Of a DNA stretch of 64,000 bases, positions 1-13,979 are shown piece after piece. Position 1 is the first letter of the stretch. The number at the start of each line of letters is the position of its first letter. The stretch spans positions 8,308,001-8,372,000 of the forward strand of contig CM022669.1 in assembly GCA_012295275.1 (NCBI GenBank), in the 5' to 3' direction. This stretch comes from Chrysomallon squamiferum. Lineage: Eukaryota; Animalia; Mollusca. The notes below the pieces were generated by a model, which worked only from the letters and a program-made list of their open reading frames with translations, had not been told where the DNA came from and ran no database searches. Position numbers and translations under genes: made by a program.

Positions 1-696
1 TGCCAAAATCAGTCATACTTTTCATACAAATCCTGAGTTCTAGATAATTTATAAATTTATTATTTTTAAAATGATATTCAAAATTGAATCTGCCTAAATG
101 TTTTTCAGTTACTAAAAGGTCAGAATGTCTCCTTGAAGAATATTTTTTGAAGAATATCTTTTGAAGTATATCTTTTGAAGAATTGATTTTTAAAAAATAG
201 AATTTAAACAGCTACTTCAAAACAACATGTGTAATTATTATTTTTATCTACTTATGTATTAATATTTCCCTTTTTTAAACATATAAAAAAAAAAAAAAAT
301 CAGTGTGTGTATATGAAGGTGACTGATTCTGGAAGTTAGTGAAATGTCAGTTAAGAAATATTTTTTAAAAAGAATTTGTTGACAAATTTCACAGTTAACT
401 AAACTGATACATACCTCAACTCATTTCATTATTCAAACATTCTGAAAGAGTGTATTCATTTCTTTGTACAAACTATTTAACATGCAATTTTGTATTTATA
501 AACGTTTTCTTTTTATTTACTCTTTTCACTTTAACATTGTTTCAGATATTTGTTTTTGATGTAAAACTTTCTCGTAATTTATGTTTTGTATTACAAATGT
601 GTAATTTATAATGTATTACTTTGTTTCTAATCAGGTAGTTAACTTAAATGTGTGTCACATTATTTAAGTAAAGGAAATGTTGTTCTTTGTTTTTTA

Positions 697-739
<43 letters not shown>

Positions 740-3055
740 TAATACATAAGTTTATTACTTTGAATGAAAATGACTTTTTATAAAATAAAATACAAACGAA
801 TAAAATAACCCCGAAGTTAAATTATTTGAAATATTTATCGATGTTGAAGGAATTAAATTATTTATATAAACAAACAGTTAACATTTTCTATTTGATATTA
901 CTAAATATTATTTTTGAAAAACATTGTTGAAAATATTTAAATTATATTTTAAAAAAATGTGTTCAGAAATGTTTGCTAAGGTTACCAAGATTTTTGTCAT
1001 GAGGAGATGAGCAATGAATATTCATAATTATTTTGCTCAGTCATTTGAAGATTCAAGCACGTTTGTAATGGCACACAAGCCAAGTAATTCAAAGTACAAA
1101 GTTCATTTTAATTAACTTGACATCAGATATGACTGTTAAGTTTATTTTTGACTACTAATATAAATATTTCTTGTATCAAAAATAAATATCTTTAATCAAA
1201 AAAAAAAAAAAAAAAATTATTATTATTATTATCATTATTATTTATTTATTTATTTATTTTTTTTATTTTATTTTATTATTTATTAATTTATCTTTGTAAA
1301 TTTAAAAAAATTCAGTATTTGCAGTTATATGTATTTTTTAAATTCAAATCTTGCCATAAATATGAAAATTAAATATATGGCAAAACAGAATTTCTGTAAA
1401 TATCTGTATATTTTGATAAAATCATTTAGATATTCAATGTTATCTAGAAGAAAAGAATTGTTAAACTGTTTAATATAGAAAACAATAATTGTTGGTTTTG
1501 TTTGTAACTCTGCATTCTACTACTGATACTTTAAAATGGATTGAATAAATAAAACAGTGAAGATAAATGGCTAACAAAATCCAGATACATATTTCCATAT
1601 TTTAAACAAACTTGATTTAATTCATGTCATTTGTTTTTCAAGTGGTAGCAACTGTTCTTGTGTAAAAAAAAAAAAAAGAAAAAATAAATTTTTTAATGAA
1701 CCAGTCATTAGGGCAGCTGCTGGAACAGGAAAAAAAACCTCAAAAGCGCAGTGGAGAATGTTGTTCAGAGTAAGTGAACAAGGAAAGAGTTATGGCAATT
1801 CTTGGTTGAAATGATCGAAAAATAACGTAACTAAGAAAAACGAGTATTTTACATCTTGCTTAAAAACGAGGTAAAATGAGTTTCGTGTCAAAAAAATCTT
1901 CACAGCATGGGAAACACTTTGATTTACGACATCCAGTTTTGTTTAGAAACAATAGCAGATACTTTATGCTTGTCACGTTCAATAGTAATTTCCATTAAAA
2001 CAAATTAAAAATAATAATACAAATGACAGGTTAATAATTTATGAAGCCGAGCATCGAAAAACTGTCACATTTAAAAAATCAATTCATGAAAGGAAATGTG
2101 CTCAAATCATGAAAGCTTTTTTCTGTTTTGTAAATTTATTGAAATTTTTATGTTTTGCTCTCTGCAAATTTTCACCTGTAAAACTTGCACATCGGTTTTA
2201 ACAGACGTTCAATATTTTTATAAATTTGAAGCAAAATGTTTTATTTCTGAATAGCGTTTTCCTTCTTTGAAATATGTATGTCATTGTTCCTTCATTTCAA
2301 ACGTGTAAAAATAATCATTTAAAATAATAGAAATTTTTGTTTAAAATGTAAAAGAATTGCAGTAAGGACACTGATTAAAAATGACATTTACCAACGCACA
2401 AGATGGGAACAATACAAATAAATCAAAAACAAAAATCTCCAGTTCAGTAATATTTAAAAAAACATATTTCATAAACAAAGATACAGCGCTCAGCTATGTT
2501 CGATTTAAAAAGACCAATTCTCATAGTTAAAAGAAAACCAGTCAAATGTGCTCTGTTACTTTAAATTTAAAACCCTCTGCAAATATTCAAAGGGCATTTT
2601 TCCCCTATACAGAAATGCTCTGTAAAAACAGTCTCTGTGTTGTTTGTCATAATTTAATATTATTTTAGCAAATTAAAAAGAAAAAAAAGAGAAAAAAATG
2701 GATTACCTACCTATAAATGGTGCACATAATTATAAAATGTTTTTGTAAGTTATGACAGTAAATGTTAATTAAAAGAATTTTATGTTTTGTATATTTTGAT
2801 TTACTGTAAAAAGTTCAGATGAATTTGTTATTTTGTTTGATTATTCTTTGAATTCATATTTCTTTAAAAAAAAAAATATTTAAATGAGTTAAAACTTTAG
2901 ATCAATGTATGTATTATTGTGTTGTGCATAAACTACACAAGCTGAGTCTTATGTTCTGTGTTTACAACGCAAAGAGAACAAATAAAATTGTATATGACGT
3001 ATAACTGGTGTTTTCATTTATTTGGTGTTGTGTTGTTGTTGTTGTTGTTGTTTTA
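1..3055 (+). other. Probable 3' UTR / 3' end of an upstream gene outside the window
   Basis: Very AT-rich and CpG-poor in the first 1.8 kb. AATAAA at 2981-2986 is followed about 20 nt later by a GT-rich element (gtgttttcatttatttggtgttgtgttgttg). Confidence 0.4.
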
Positions 3056-4388
3056 CATAATAAAAAAAAATATATGTAAGCTACGCGTTCTGAAAAAATT
3101 AGTTAAAATCTCTGAAATTGCATAGTAAATTCAGGACACTTTAAATCAACATATCCCAGGTGACAATGCGGCTAATCGTAACAACGGGGCCGACTCACGT
3201 GACATCCATCTAATACAATCATCAGTTACTATGGTGACGTGATTTTAATGTTACGGCTATAATGGATGGTGCTGTGTAGCCGTTATTTTATTTTAATTAA
3301 TGGATTAATTTTAATTGTGTAAAAATGAACAAAATAATGACGTCACTGAATTATTTAGAGCGTCATTTGGAAATCCTAAAAATATCTGAGAATGAAGACA
3401 TAACTGAAATATAATAATGTATGTAATAATTCTGTAAAATATCTATATACAGGATTAGTGACATAAATAAATGAATAAATAAGAAACAAAATGAATATAC
3501 AAAAAGCATAAATATGCATGCATTGGATTCAGATTCGATAATTTCTTGTTTCATCATAGTCCTCTGACTACATTAAAAAGAGCACATACAAATAATATAA
3601 ATAAATATATAAATTAAAAAGAAAACGAAACGAAAATAAAAATGTATTGTACTGTAAAAATAAAACAAAAGACTTGATTACAAAATTATATCTACCCAAC
3701 TCAAATGTTTACCATTATTAATTTCTGTAACTGCAAATCTACGACGTTAGTTTTATATATCATTAGACTTAAATCCATGACTTTTTCTCGATTTCCCATT
3801 CTGTGGAATATTTTAACATTTCTATAATGAAACATCTTTTTTCCTTGAATCAATTCAGAATAAACGTATGAATAAAGAAAAATTAAAAAGAATAAAAAAA
3901 ATAAGATAAAATAACGTAGTAATATTTCATTATTAAAATAGATAATGTCTGCGATTTTTAATGCCATTATAAATAACTGTATTACACCACCGTATTACAC
4001 AGATGAGAAATATTTAAGTACGTACGTCATAAATAACAGAACAGTGATTTAGCGTGTCTAGTCACTACGTCACTGGGTAAGATGTGTCGTACCAGAATGA
4101 CCACGCCAGGCTCATAACGCGGTCAGTGTAACTAATGTAGTACACAGATATAATAGATTTCCCAACATAAATAAAAACCTCGTTCATGGACTTGATTACT
4201 GAGTGGAAAGTAGCTGTAAAATACGACTTGTTGCTTTCTGACCACAGCAGAGTATCATCTAGCCTCACAGGTTTCTTTTTCTCAGATTATTTTACATACA
4301 CACACCATATAAACACGTATACATACTCACCATACATACATACATACACATACATACACATAATACATAGATACGTATAAAAAATACA

Positions 4389-4422
<34 letters not shown>

Positions 4423-4579
4423 AAATACTTATTCGTCTAACAACAGAAACAAACATAAGGAACCTTGATCTGTTCTTCTCATAGAAGTATAACTAATTTG
4501 ACTATTTTATATATTCTTAACTTTGTATTTTCATTGTTTCTTTAGTTCTTTTCTCTTTTTTTCTTTTTTTTTAAAAAGA

Positions 4580-4631
<52 letters not shown>

Positions 4632-7046
4632 TAATTAATTAATTAATTAAAATATTTAAATAAATTTTAAAACATTTTTTTTTTTTAATGTCTGATATTT
4701 TTTTCATATAAGGCAGAGGTTTTGTTTAACTGTCACATTCCGCACATTTACTCCTAACACTTATCTTTCTGCTGGATACTTTGTGAACAAAACGTCGTTC
4801 GTAACTTTAATCAACTGTCTAAAGAGAGAATCCAACGGTTCGCTCCACACATTCAGTTTCAACCAATGAACAAACAGCGCAGCAGCGAAACGCCACCGAG
4901 CGTTTTGATCACGGCATGCGAGGCCGGGAGCGAGGGACCACGATAAAGCATTACGCCGCAGATCGCAGGATAAGCTGGGCAAAAAAAAAAAAAAAATGCA
5001 CGCACGCACGCACGCACGCACAGCACAGCACGAAACACACACAAAGAAAAACTGTCATCTCGAACGTTTGATAACGTGAGTGATTAATTGATCATTCCGA
5101 TTCAAATCTGATATTACAGATTTAAACAGTTAGAAGACCGGCGTGAATCAAGATGGCCCCTGTAACGTCTGCTGTCAAACACGTGTCATTTTCCCCGTTG
5201 TAACCCTGTCAGATACTCGTCCATATTTCACGTGAAACATGTCTCAGACTTGCAGCCATCAAACTGTGACATCAGAACGTGTTCGTTATATATATGGAGT
5301 GCAATATCAAAAAGTTTTGTTGTGGGAATGCAGAGTGATATCAGATGGTATTAACGATATGGCAGCCGGTTGCAACATGCACTGCCTGGTTTTTGTTACG
5401 GTAGATGTGAATGCAGATACGTTTCATCTCGGTGTCTAATCGTGTACCCATCTCGTCGTTCAGTCCGTGTTTGTCAACAGAAAAGTGTTAGATCGTTTCT
5501 AATACAGCGTCTGTGCGTTAGCGTCCAGCTGTTTTGATTGTATTGAAAATTGCTTTTGAAAAATAAAATGTCAAGCGGTAGCATGGTATTAATTGCTGTT
5601 AAATGTTAAATACATTTAGGAAAAAAAAAAAAAAAAAAAAAAAGAGCAAAACAAACAAACAAACAAAACAAAACAAAAACAAAACAAACGAACTGTGATA
5701 TGATATTTTTTGATTACAGAGCTTTATCCGTTCTAACCACTTCCATTTAACTAATTCATCAAAGGACGTAGTACGTATTTTCCTAAGAACTTTAGTCTAC
5801 TTATAAATCATCCCTTTTTGCCGAGCGTTGAAAGTAGTTTGTAGAGAGAAAACAGCCTTTTTCCTCTCCGTAATTGGGTTTAATCAGACATTCCGCATAT
5901 CTGACACAAATTTCTTATTCATTCATATATGTATTTTATTTATTATTCCTAACTGCAGAAATCTGTCTCGTAACATGATATTACAAAAACGGTTTGACCT
6001 GTTGTAATCATAGTTCGACCAGTTTTATTAACGATGTCTACTCCAAGAAACTATCAGATGATAGCGTGAAATATTAAACTCAATTGTTCGTTATTGTGTT
6101 CGTCTTCGAGTTGTTGAAAAGAACAGTTCTGTTTATAATTCAGAAACACTTCAAAGTCTGCGGGAGACCACGCAGGCGTCCTTTAATCTTCTTCATTAAT
6201 TTGTAATCATGTTTCAGTTGAGTAGGAATGTGTTATAGTGTTACGTCGTTGCAATGAAACAGAATACGTTATGTCTGCTTGATACTGCAAGTCTTGACGT
6301 CATATTTCATTAAAGACAAAAACAAATCGTATTTTTAGTAACAGTTTTAGCATTAAGTGAACGATTTCGGAAACGATAATCTGTAATAATAATTAATAGT
6401 AATAATAATCAATAATAATTAAAAAAATTCTTTTAATTCGAATTCTTCGCAAGCAAAACGAGCAAAACGAAGAATTAGAATGTAACCGAATTTGAGAAGG
6501 AGTTTCAAAAAGCCATGAGAATGTATCGTTAACGTGTCACGACAGGTCATCAGGAGTGGTTTCATAACGGTTATATAATGTTAATTTATGTAATAGGTGG
6601 GTTAAAAAAAAAAGAATTTTAAAAAAGTCATTTAACACCTATAGAAAAAATTTCTGTGTCGTAATTTATTATTTACTCGAAATAGCGACAGCGGAATTTT
6701 TTTTTTTCTTTAACGCCGGGATTAATTTCTGCCTCTGTTGGATGGCTTTTAAATCTCTGGCTGAATTGTATACGTGTGCTGTCTACAGTTTCATCTCGTA
6801 CAAAAACACGTGTAGAACACAGATCGGCCGGGGCTTTTGGTTACTGCACTTTGCTGGAAATGGATGTTTTGAGAATTCATGCATAACCACGCTCATTGTT
6901 CGCCGACGTCGATGCATTAGCGGCGAAACCCGACCTGCAACACAGCGTGAGCGACAACAAAGCGGCGTTTGTTGGAAATATTCGTGCCGAAGTTAAAACC
7001 GACTTCACAACTTCTCTTACATCCATGCAACTTCTGATACGTCCGC

Positions 7047-7175
7047 GGAGATGCACACAGAACCACGTTGTCCTCGCTGGTGTAACAGAGATGAACACTG
7101 AACCACGTTGTCCTCGCTGGTGTAACAGAGATGCACACTGAAACACGTTGTCCTCGCTGGTGTAACAGAGATGAA
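7047..7175. repeat. 40-bp tandem repeat x3
   Basis: Unit atg(c/a)acac(a/t)gaa(c/a)cacgttgtcctcgctggtgtaacagag starts at 7051, 7091 and 7131. Confidence 0.95.
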
Positions 7176-7508
7176 ACGATCGTGTTTTAGGAAGCTAATT
7201 AAACCATAGGAGTTATGCTTGAGTTTTAGTTGTTCGCCAAGTAAGCGAATTCTCGATATCGATGTCTGAAAGCGAACGTGTAAGATTTCAGGGGGGGGAT
7301 GTTATTCACGCGCAGTCGAACGCCTTTGACCAAATAAACAATTAAAACAATCGGGCGTCGTGTAGCGAATTAAAGCGAAACTAGATATCTGCGACATGAA
7401 CTGAAACAAAACCCTGTCAACACACTGTGGAATGCGGCGTTTTCCACGTGTTTAAACACTTTCAACACGAGGAGGTGGTTCTTTTCACGTTGTCTGTTTC
7501 TCGTTGTC

Positions 7509-7567
<59 letters not shown>

Positions 7568-7679
7568 TTTGAGAAGTTCAATGTCAGCAACCTTATCCCT
7601 GATGATTTTGGTTGTTGTGGTTAATTTTTTTTTTTTTTTTTTTTTTTTTTTGTGTATGGCTTTTGACCACAGCATGTTA

Positions 7680-7895
7680 CTGTTGATCCGAGCTCGATTT
7701 CACGATTAGGAAAAATGTCAAAATATCTGGGGAAATCGCGAATGTAAACACCAACCGTGAAATTCACCGAAACACTAAACTTTAGTACACATAACAGCTA
7801 GGTTAATAAGTAATATAATAATGTAAGAACAATATACAGGCATAAAAAAAACCCCCAAAAACAAGGTAAACAAATATCATACACAGTACAGTTTA

Positions 7896-7933
<38 letters not shown>

Positions 7934-8165
7934 TGTACTGTAGAAAAATGTAGGTTAGGCTGGGTATGAAGTTTGTTAGGCTGGTTATGGATGCAGTTGT
8001 AAAATTAACTGTTACTTTGATGGAAAGTGGGTTGAGAGAGGGCTGCTGTGGTTTTATAGTGGGACTCAGAATAACTTAGGATGTAAAGTTTCAAGCAGGA
8101 AATGGCGGTAAGTTTCAGTTTTGTGATTTTTCAACATCCAGGTTCGAGAAATCGAGGGTCAACAG
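7680..8165. mobile_element. Candidate decayed non-autonomous DNA transposon (MITE)
   Basis: Left end CTGTTGATCC(GAG)CTCGATTTCACGA matches the reverse complement of the right end, CTGTTGACCCTCGATTTCTCGA. TA precedes the left end, but the right-side TA is not preserved. Confidence 0.45.
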
Positions 8166-8278
8166 CGCTGTACTTTACGACATAGTCGCCGTTTTAACAT
8201 TTTCCTAACATTACCACATCATAAAACGTCAAAGAAACATCACTAACAAATACAAATAAAGCGTATTAGCGTAATAAT

Positions 8279-8629
8279 GAAGAAAACAAAAACCTATTTA
8301 AAACACTCAGATATAATTATTTTTAATGTTATGGGATTATGACTATGAATTATGACTATCATAAAAGGTGATACTCGAGAGGAAACCAGCTCTTCCATGC
8401 CAAGCGCTACTTTTATTGACTAGCAACAAGACTGTTTACCAAGTACACACATTCACATACCATTGTCTTTGACGCAGCAATTTTGGGGCGTTGGTTTAGA
8501 TGGGGAAATAACTGAACCATGGCAACACGAAGGGTTGATCTCCTAACATTTCGCTGTACAGACAGCACTAACCACTGACTTACAGCCCGCTGTACAGACA
8601 GCACTAACCACTGACTTGCAGCCCGCTGT
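8279..8629 (-). mobile_element. Decayed tRNA-derived SINE (MetaSINE/MESC-like) with duplicated 5' head
   Basis: The minus strand reads GGGCTGTAAGTCAGTGGTTAG (A-box-like)..GGAGATCAACCC (B-box-like, 8532-8543). The body gagaggaaaccagc..gctactttt..tagcaacaag..cacataccattgtctttg resembles a gastropod SINE consensus recalled from memory, not searched. Confidence 0.6.
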
Positions 8630-8751
8630 GTTATATAAATTATTTTCTACTTACGGTGTTTTTTTTTTTTTTTTATGTTGACGCTTTTCTTGTTATACTT
8701 TGTTACACTAATTATCTACGTGTCACATACATCAGGCTGACAAGTTTTTAC

Positions 8752-8979
8752 GTGTTTCCACTTGTATTAACAAATGTGTTACACTTGTATTACCGATTAT
8801 TACATATTTGTTACACTTGTATTAACGATTATTACATATTTGTTACACTTGTGTTAACAGATGTGTTACACTTGTATTAACGATTGTTACAAATTTGTTA
8901 CACTTGTATTAACAGATGTCTTACTCTTGTATTAAAGACTGTAACAAATGAGTTACACTTGTATTAATGATTGTTACAC
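8752..8979. repeat. Minisatellite with core GTTACACTTGTATTAAC and two unit types (about 24 and 32 bp)
   Basis: About 8 cores separated by either agatgt-like or gattattacatattt-like linkers. Confidence 0.9.
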
Positions 8980-9192
8980 CAGCTCAGAGAATATTAATTT
9001 TAACATACTGTTACCGATTCGTCTGCATAAAGAAAACTTCTATAATGGTTGTTTTCTTTGAAAGAAAATGGTTCCTTCCTTCTTTTCTTTTTTTAAAAAT
9101 TCATCAGAATAGCCTACAAATACATACACGCGTCTGGACACACACACACGCACACACACACACATGCACACACACACTCATATACACACATC

Positions 9193-9264
<72 letters not shown>

Positions 9265-10765
9265 CGCTACAATTTTTCAAGTACAAATTTAAAATTACTC
9301 CACATTTCTTTTTTAAAAATATAGAATGAAGCACTAACAAACAAATATACGTATTATTACTTTTAAAAAGTTAACTCTTCATAATGAAATACATCTGTGA
9401 TGGTGAAAACAACTGAAAATAACTAAATGCTGTGTATGAATGACAAACATTAAATACAGTACATAACTGTAACAATAATATTGTCATCCGCGAATCCATT
9501 TAAAATAATATGCAGCAATATTTAACTAATTAATTTACTTGAGTGTGTGTTTGTTTTAATATATTTTTTACCTATTTTTAATAATAAAATAGAAATAGAA
9601 AAATATATATATATATATACATTTTTTTTTCGACAAAAAAGAATCGTAAAAGAAAAAAAAATAAAAATAAATAAATAAATAAATAATAATAATAAATAAA
9701 AATATAAATAAATAAATAAATAAATAAATCTTTATGATTACAATTTAGTAACGCAACTAGCGAAAAATGATTTTTTTACATTTTTTTTTATTATTATTCT
9801 TTTTTGTTGTTTTTCTTTGTTATGTATTAAAAACTCGATTGTAAAAACAAAATATAACAGAACTTGGAAGTATGCAGAATACATGTATTCTATTTATTCC
9901 TGACACCACAGAAACACGAAGAACATTTTTTACTTTTTCTTCTTTTCTTTCTTTCATTTTTTTTTTTCTTAAATATGGATCACATATTTGGTCTGTGTGT
10001 GTGTGTGTGTGTGTGCGTGTGTGCGTGTTCAGTCACGTGTCTAATTAACAGAGGTCATTAAGTCAGAATGTACAAACGGATCAGCAAGCAGCGATTGTCA
10101 GTTTCAAGTAAGCCTCAATTTTAATACACTTAGCCTATCAGATGACCTTTGACACTTTTGTCTGGCTCGGAGGTCGTCTTTGGATTAATGACTCAAACAA
10201 CAGAGTGTTTTTTGTGTTCAAAGCCTCTGAACAACCCGAGTGTTTCCTCCCATTGTCGCAGACACACGTACGTACGGCTACTGTTTCCATTTTAATCAAA
10301 ACGTTAAGCCACGTCTTTTCTTTACCGATCAATGCGATCGATGATCGATTGGAAATCGTATCTGCGTCACGTGCAAACGTTACGCGCTGTTCACGTGCAG
10401 TGAGCGCGAATTAATGCGGAGAGATTGTTGCTAGGATTAACCGGGTTAATCTGCCAGCTTAATCTGTCGCGGACAATAACGTGACTACATTATCTGCCGC
10501 TAAACGACGGGCCATTTTTGCGAGTCTGCTGCACAGTGACAAACTGAACTGAACTTCTCTTTGTGATGCTACGTCGACTTCGTGAGTTATGCATGCGACG
10601 TGAAACCGGAGAGTTCCGCACAAAGGGGACGTAATCGGCGGTGTCGTTGATAGGCGAATTGTTGAAGACCGCGCGGTATAAATCATTCGTTACATATTTT
10701 ATGGAGCCATAAAAAAAAAATTCCTAAAGTCAGAGTAATTATACCTGATGTAATGATTGGCACGT

Positions 10766-10802
<37 letters not shown>

Positions 10803-11015
10803 GAGGGGGGGGATGTATTTTTTTTTATATTTTCGACTGTCTGGTTTATTTTTGGATAATTTATGTTTGACAGACGTTGGCATTTGTTTTATTGGTCGCC
10901 ATATAAACATTCAGTAAACAAATACAGAAGAGACAGCTACAACGTATATAATTATCTTACATTTATATTTAATAGACACACACTAATATACATATATATT
11001 AATAGACATATACCA

Positions 11016-11019
<4 letters not shown>

Positions 11020-11102
<83 letters not shown>

Positions 11103-11339
11103 ATATGTGTGCGTGTGCGTGCATATATATGTGTACATATGTATGTATGTATGTATGTATGCATGTATGTATGTATGTGTGTGTGTATGGATGCATATAT
11201 GTATGTATATGTATGTATGTATGTATATGTGTGTGTGTATGCATGCATGCATGTATGTATGTATGTATATGTGTGTGTGTATGCATGTATGTATGTACGT
11301 ATGTATAATGCATTTATGAGTGTGTATGTTTATTATATA

Positions 11340-11381
<42 letters not shown>

Positions 11382-11460
11382 AGTATGTATGCGTATGTGT
11401 CTAGAACAACAACAACAACAACACACAATAGTAATAATAACAATAACAATATTAAATAAA
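11020..11460. repeat. Compound microsatellite (TG)n(TA)n(AG)n(TATG)n(AAC)n
   Basis: Directly visible. Representative of many SSR blocks, e.g. 7513-7566, 9196-9256, 14751-14907, 17495-17580, 23231-23341, 39128-39238, 41405-41572, 52278-52384, 54529-54708. Confidence 0.97.
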
Positions 11461-12281
11461 TGAAAAAAGGATTAAAAAACTGTTATTATCTGTAAGCTAT
11501 CGCTTTTATGGTAGTAATGCTATCTCACAGTAATAGCAGTATAAGTGGTAGTATTAAACTCATTAATGATTTATCACGCTGTACGTAATCCACACTAAAC
11601 AGACTGTCACTTGCGAATTGTTATTTTTTCCATGAACAAATCTTCGCAAATAATAAAATTCGAGATCTGCTTGTTATTATTAATTACAGTAATGAACTGA
11701 TCCAAATCTGCTGAAAACACATCGCCGCGACAACGGCATCAACGTTCTCTGCTATCAGTCTAACATTTCATTTGTTAACTCGTTTGGGGACGTCGGCAGC
11801 ATTTGTCACCGCTACACATGACAGCGTAATGGATTAGACTTTTGTAAAAAAAAAAAAAAAAATGAAAATAAAATGTGTCATTAAAAATGAAACGTAATTG
11901 TTTGTTAACGTGTATTGATCATGTGGTCTAGTACACATCGCGTGATGACGTCGCCAGTAGAGACAGCTTTGATGATGATGTTGACGACGACGACAACGAT
12001 GATGGTGATGAGGATGGTAAGAAGAAGAAAGAAAAAAGGAAATATATATATATATATATAAATAAATGACTAACTACATAAATAAAATAAATAAATAAGT
12101 AAATAAGTCAATGAAATAAAATAAAATAAAATAAAATAAAATAAAATAAAATAAAATAAAAAATAAATAAATAAATAAATAAATAATTAAATGTTATATT
12201 TCCAATTTATGTTTGTATTTACTGTAAATATTGTCTTAAAATCATATTGGTCGGAATTGAATCGTAATACATAGACAGACT

Positions 12282-12325
<44 letters not shown>

Positions 12326-12779
12326 TAACTACTACTACTATTACTTCTACTATTACTACTACTGCTGCTACTACTACTACTACTACTAGCAGTGGGTAAT
12401 GACAATAGTAGTAATAGTAGCAGTAATAACAACAACAACAACAATAATAATAATAACTATAGTAATAGTAGCAGTAATAATTGCAATAATATTGCAGTAA
12501 TATTAATAGTGATTTTAGTAATAATAGTAGTGGTGGTTGTAGTTGTGGCGGTAGTGGTGGTATTAATAGTGATTGTGTTATTATGATATCGGCGTGGTAG
12601 TTATGATATATAACAGCTGTTTTTGTAGTATAAGTGTTAGAGCAGTAGTTGCAGCAGTAATAGCAGTAATAGCAGTATAAGAAGTAGTAACAGTAGTTTA
12701 ATTTAACGTATGAACAGTAAGAATGGTGGTGTTAATAATAGTTCGGCAGTTTGGTAGTAATAGCAGTAGTATTGATATT

Positions 12780-13105
12780 AGCAGAAGTAGTAATATTGTA
12801 ATTATAATAGTAGTAGTGGTAGCAGTAGTAGTAATAGTAGTTGTAGTAGTAGTAGCAGAAGTAGTAATATTGTAATTATAATAGTAGTAGTAGTAGCAGC
12901 AGTAGTAGTAGTAGTAGTTGTAGTAGTAGCAGAAGTAGTAATATTGTAATTATAATAGTAGTAGTGGTAGCAGCAGCAGTAGTAGTAGTAGTAGTTGTAG
13001 TAGTAGTAGCAGAAGTAGTAATATTGTAATTATAATAGTAGTAGTAGTAGCAGCTGTAGTAGTAGTTGTAGTTGTAGTAGTTGTAGCAGAAGTAGTAGTA
13101 GTCGT
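12780..13105. repeat. 74-80-bp tandem repeat x4 built on (AGT)n
   Basis: gcagaagtagtaatattgtaattataatagtagtagt starts at 12781, 12855, 12929 and 13009, with a partial copy at 13086. Confidence 0.9.
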
Positions 13106-13696
13106 AGACTGGTGATACTTGTATAATAGCGGTGTTAGTAATACTAGCTATGGCATTAGTTCCTATAATATGAACAATTCGAAATACAACACAAATATTA
13201 AAAAAGAAAAAAAAGGAGTCTCGTTGAATTTTAATATATAAAACAAAGAAACACAGGGAATATTACATGTATGTCGTTATGTACACGTATATATATATAT
13301 ATATATCAAATGTTAATTGCTGTATTGCATGCCGAAGTAATTCCATTTTTATTATTTGTGTCACGAGGTAATAAACAAAAGGATTATAATAAACACATTG
13401 TCATTTGACGTGTTGTATGTAGTGTGATCGGGAATGTAATATCTTACTACAGCTGCAAAGTATTTCCCCTTTTGTTCTTAATTCTTTTTCTTTTTTTTTT
13501 TTTTTTTTAATTTATATAAATTCTTATCAGGAACAAAGCTTTAGATTTTTCTGTAAGACAAAACATGGAAAATTATGGGAAATTTAAAACTAAAAGGAAC
13601 GCTTAGATATTATGGAACACCCAGCTGAGATAATGTACAATTAAAGCGGTTTGTGCCCTCGTTCATGATACTGTGTGTGTGTGTGTGTGTGTGTGT

Positions 13697-13768
<72 letters not shown>

Positions 13769-13979
13769 CATTTTATAAAAAAAATAACGTAAAGGGAAAA
13801 ATAAAAGTAAACCCAGTTATAACGACAAGATCGAAAGAAACAAAATGTAATAAAAACAAGATATATATATAAAAAAAATAAACACCTATGAATACTTGAA
13901 CAAAGCAAATCCTATTGATATTATTCATTTTTAAAAATGTTACACCTGGTTGACAAATTCCCTCACTAAACGGGAATGA

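Noticed and set aside
7047-7175. CRISPR-like repeat
   Set aside because: Head-to-tail 40-bp units without unique spacers, eukaryotic context, and no cas genes.
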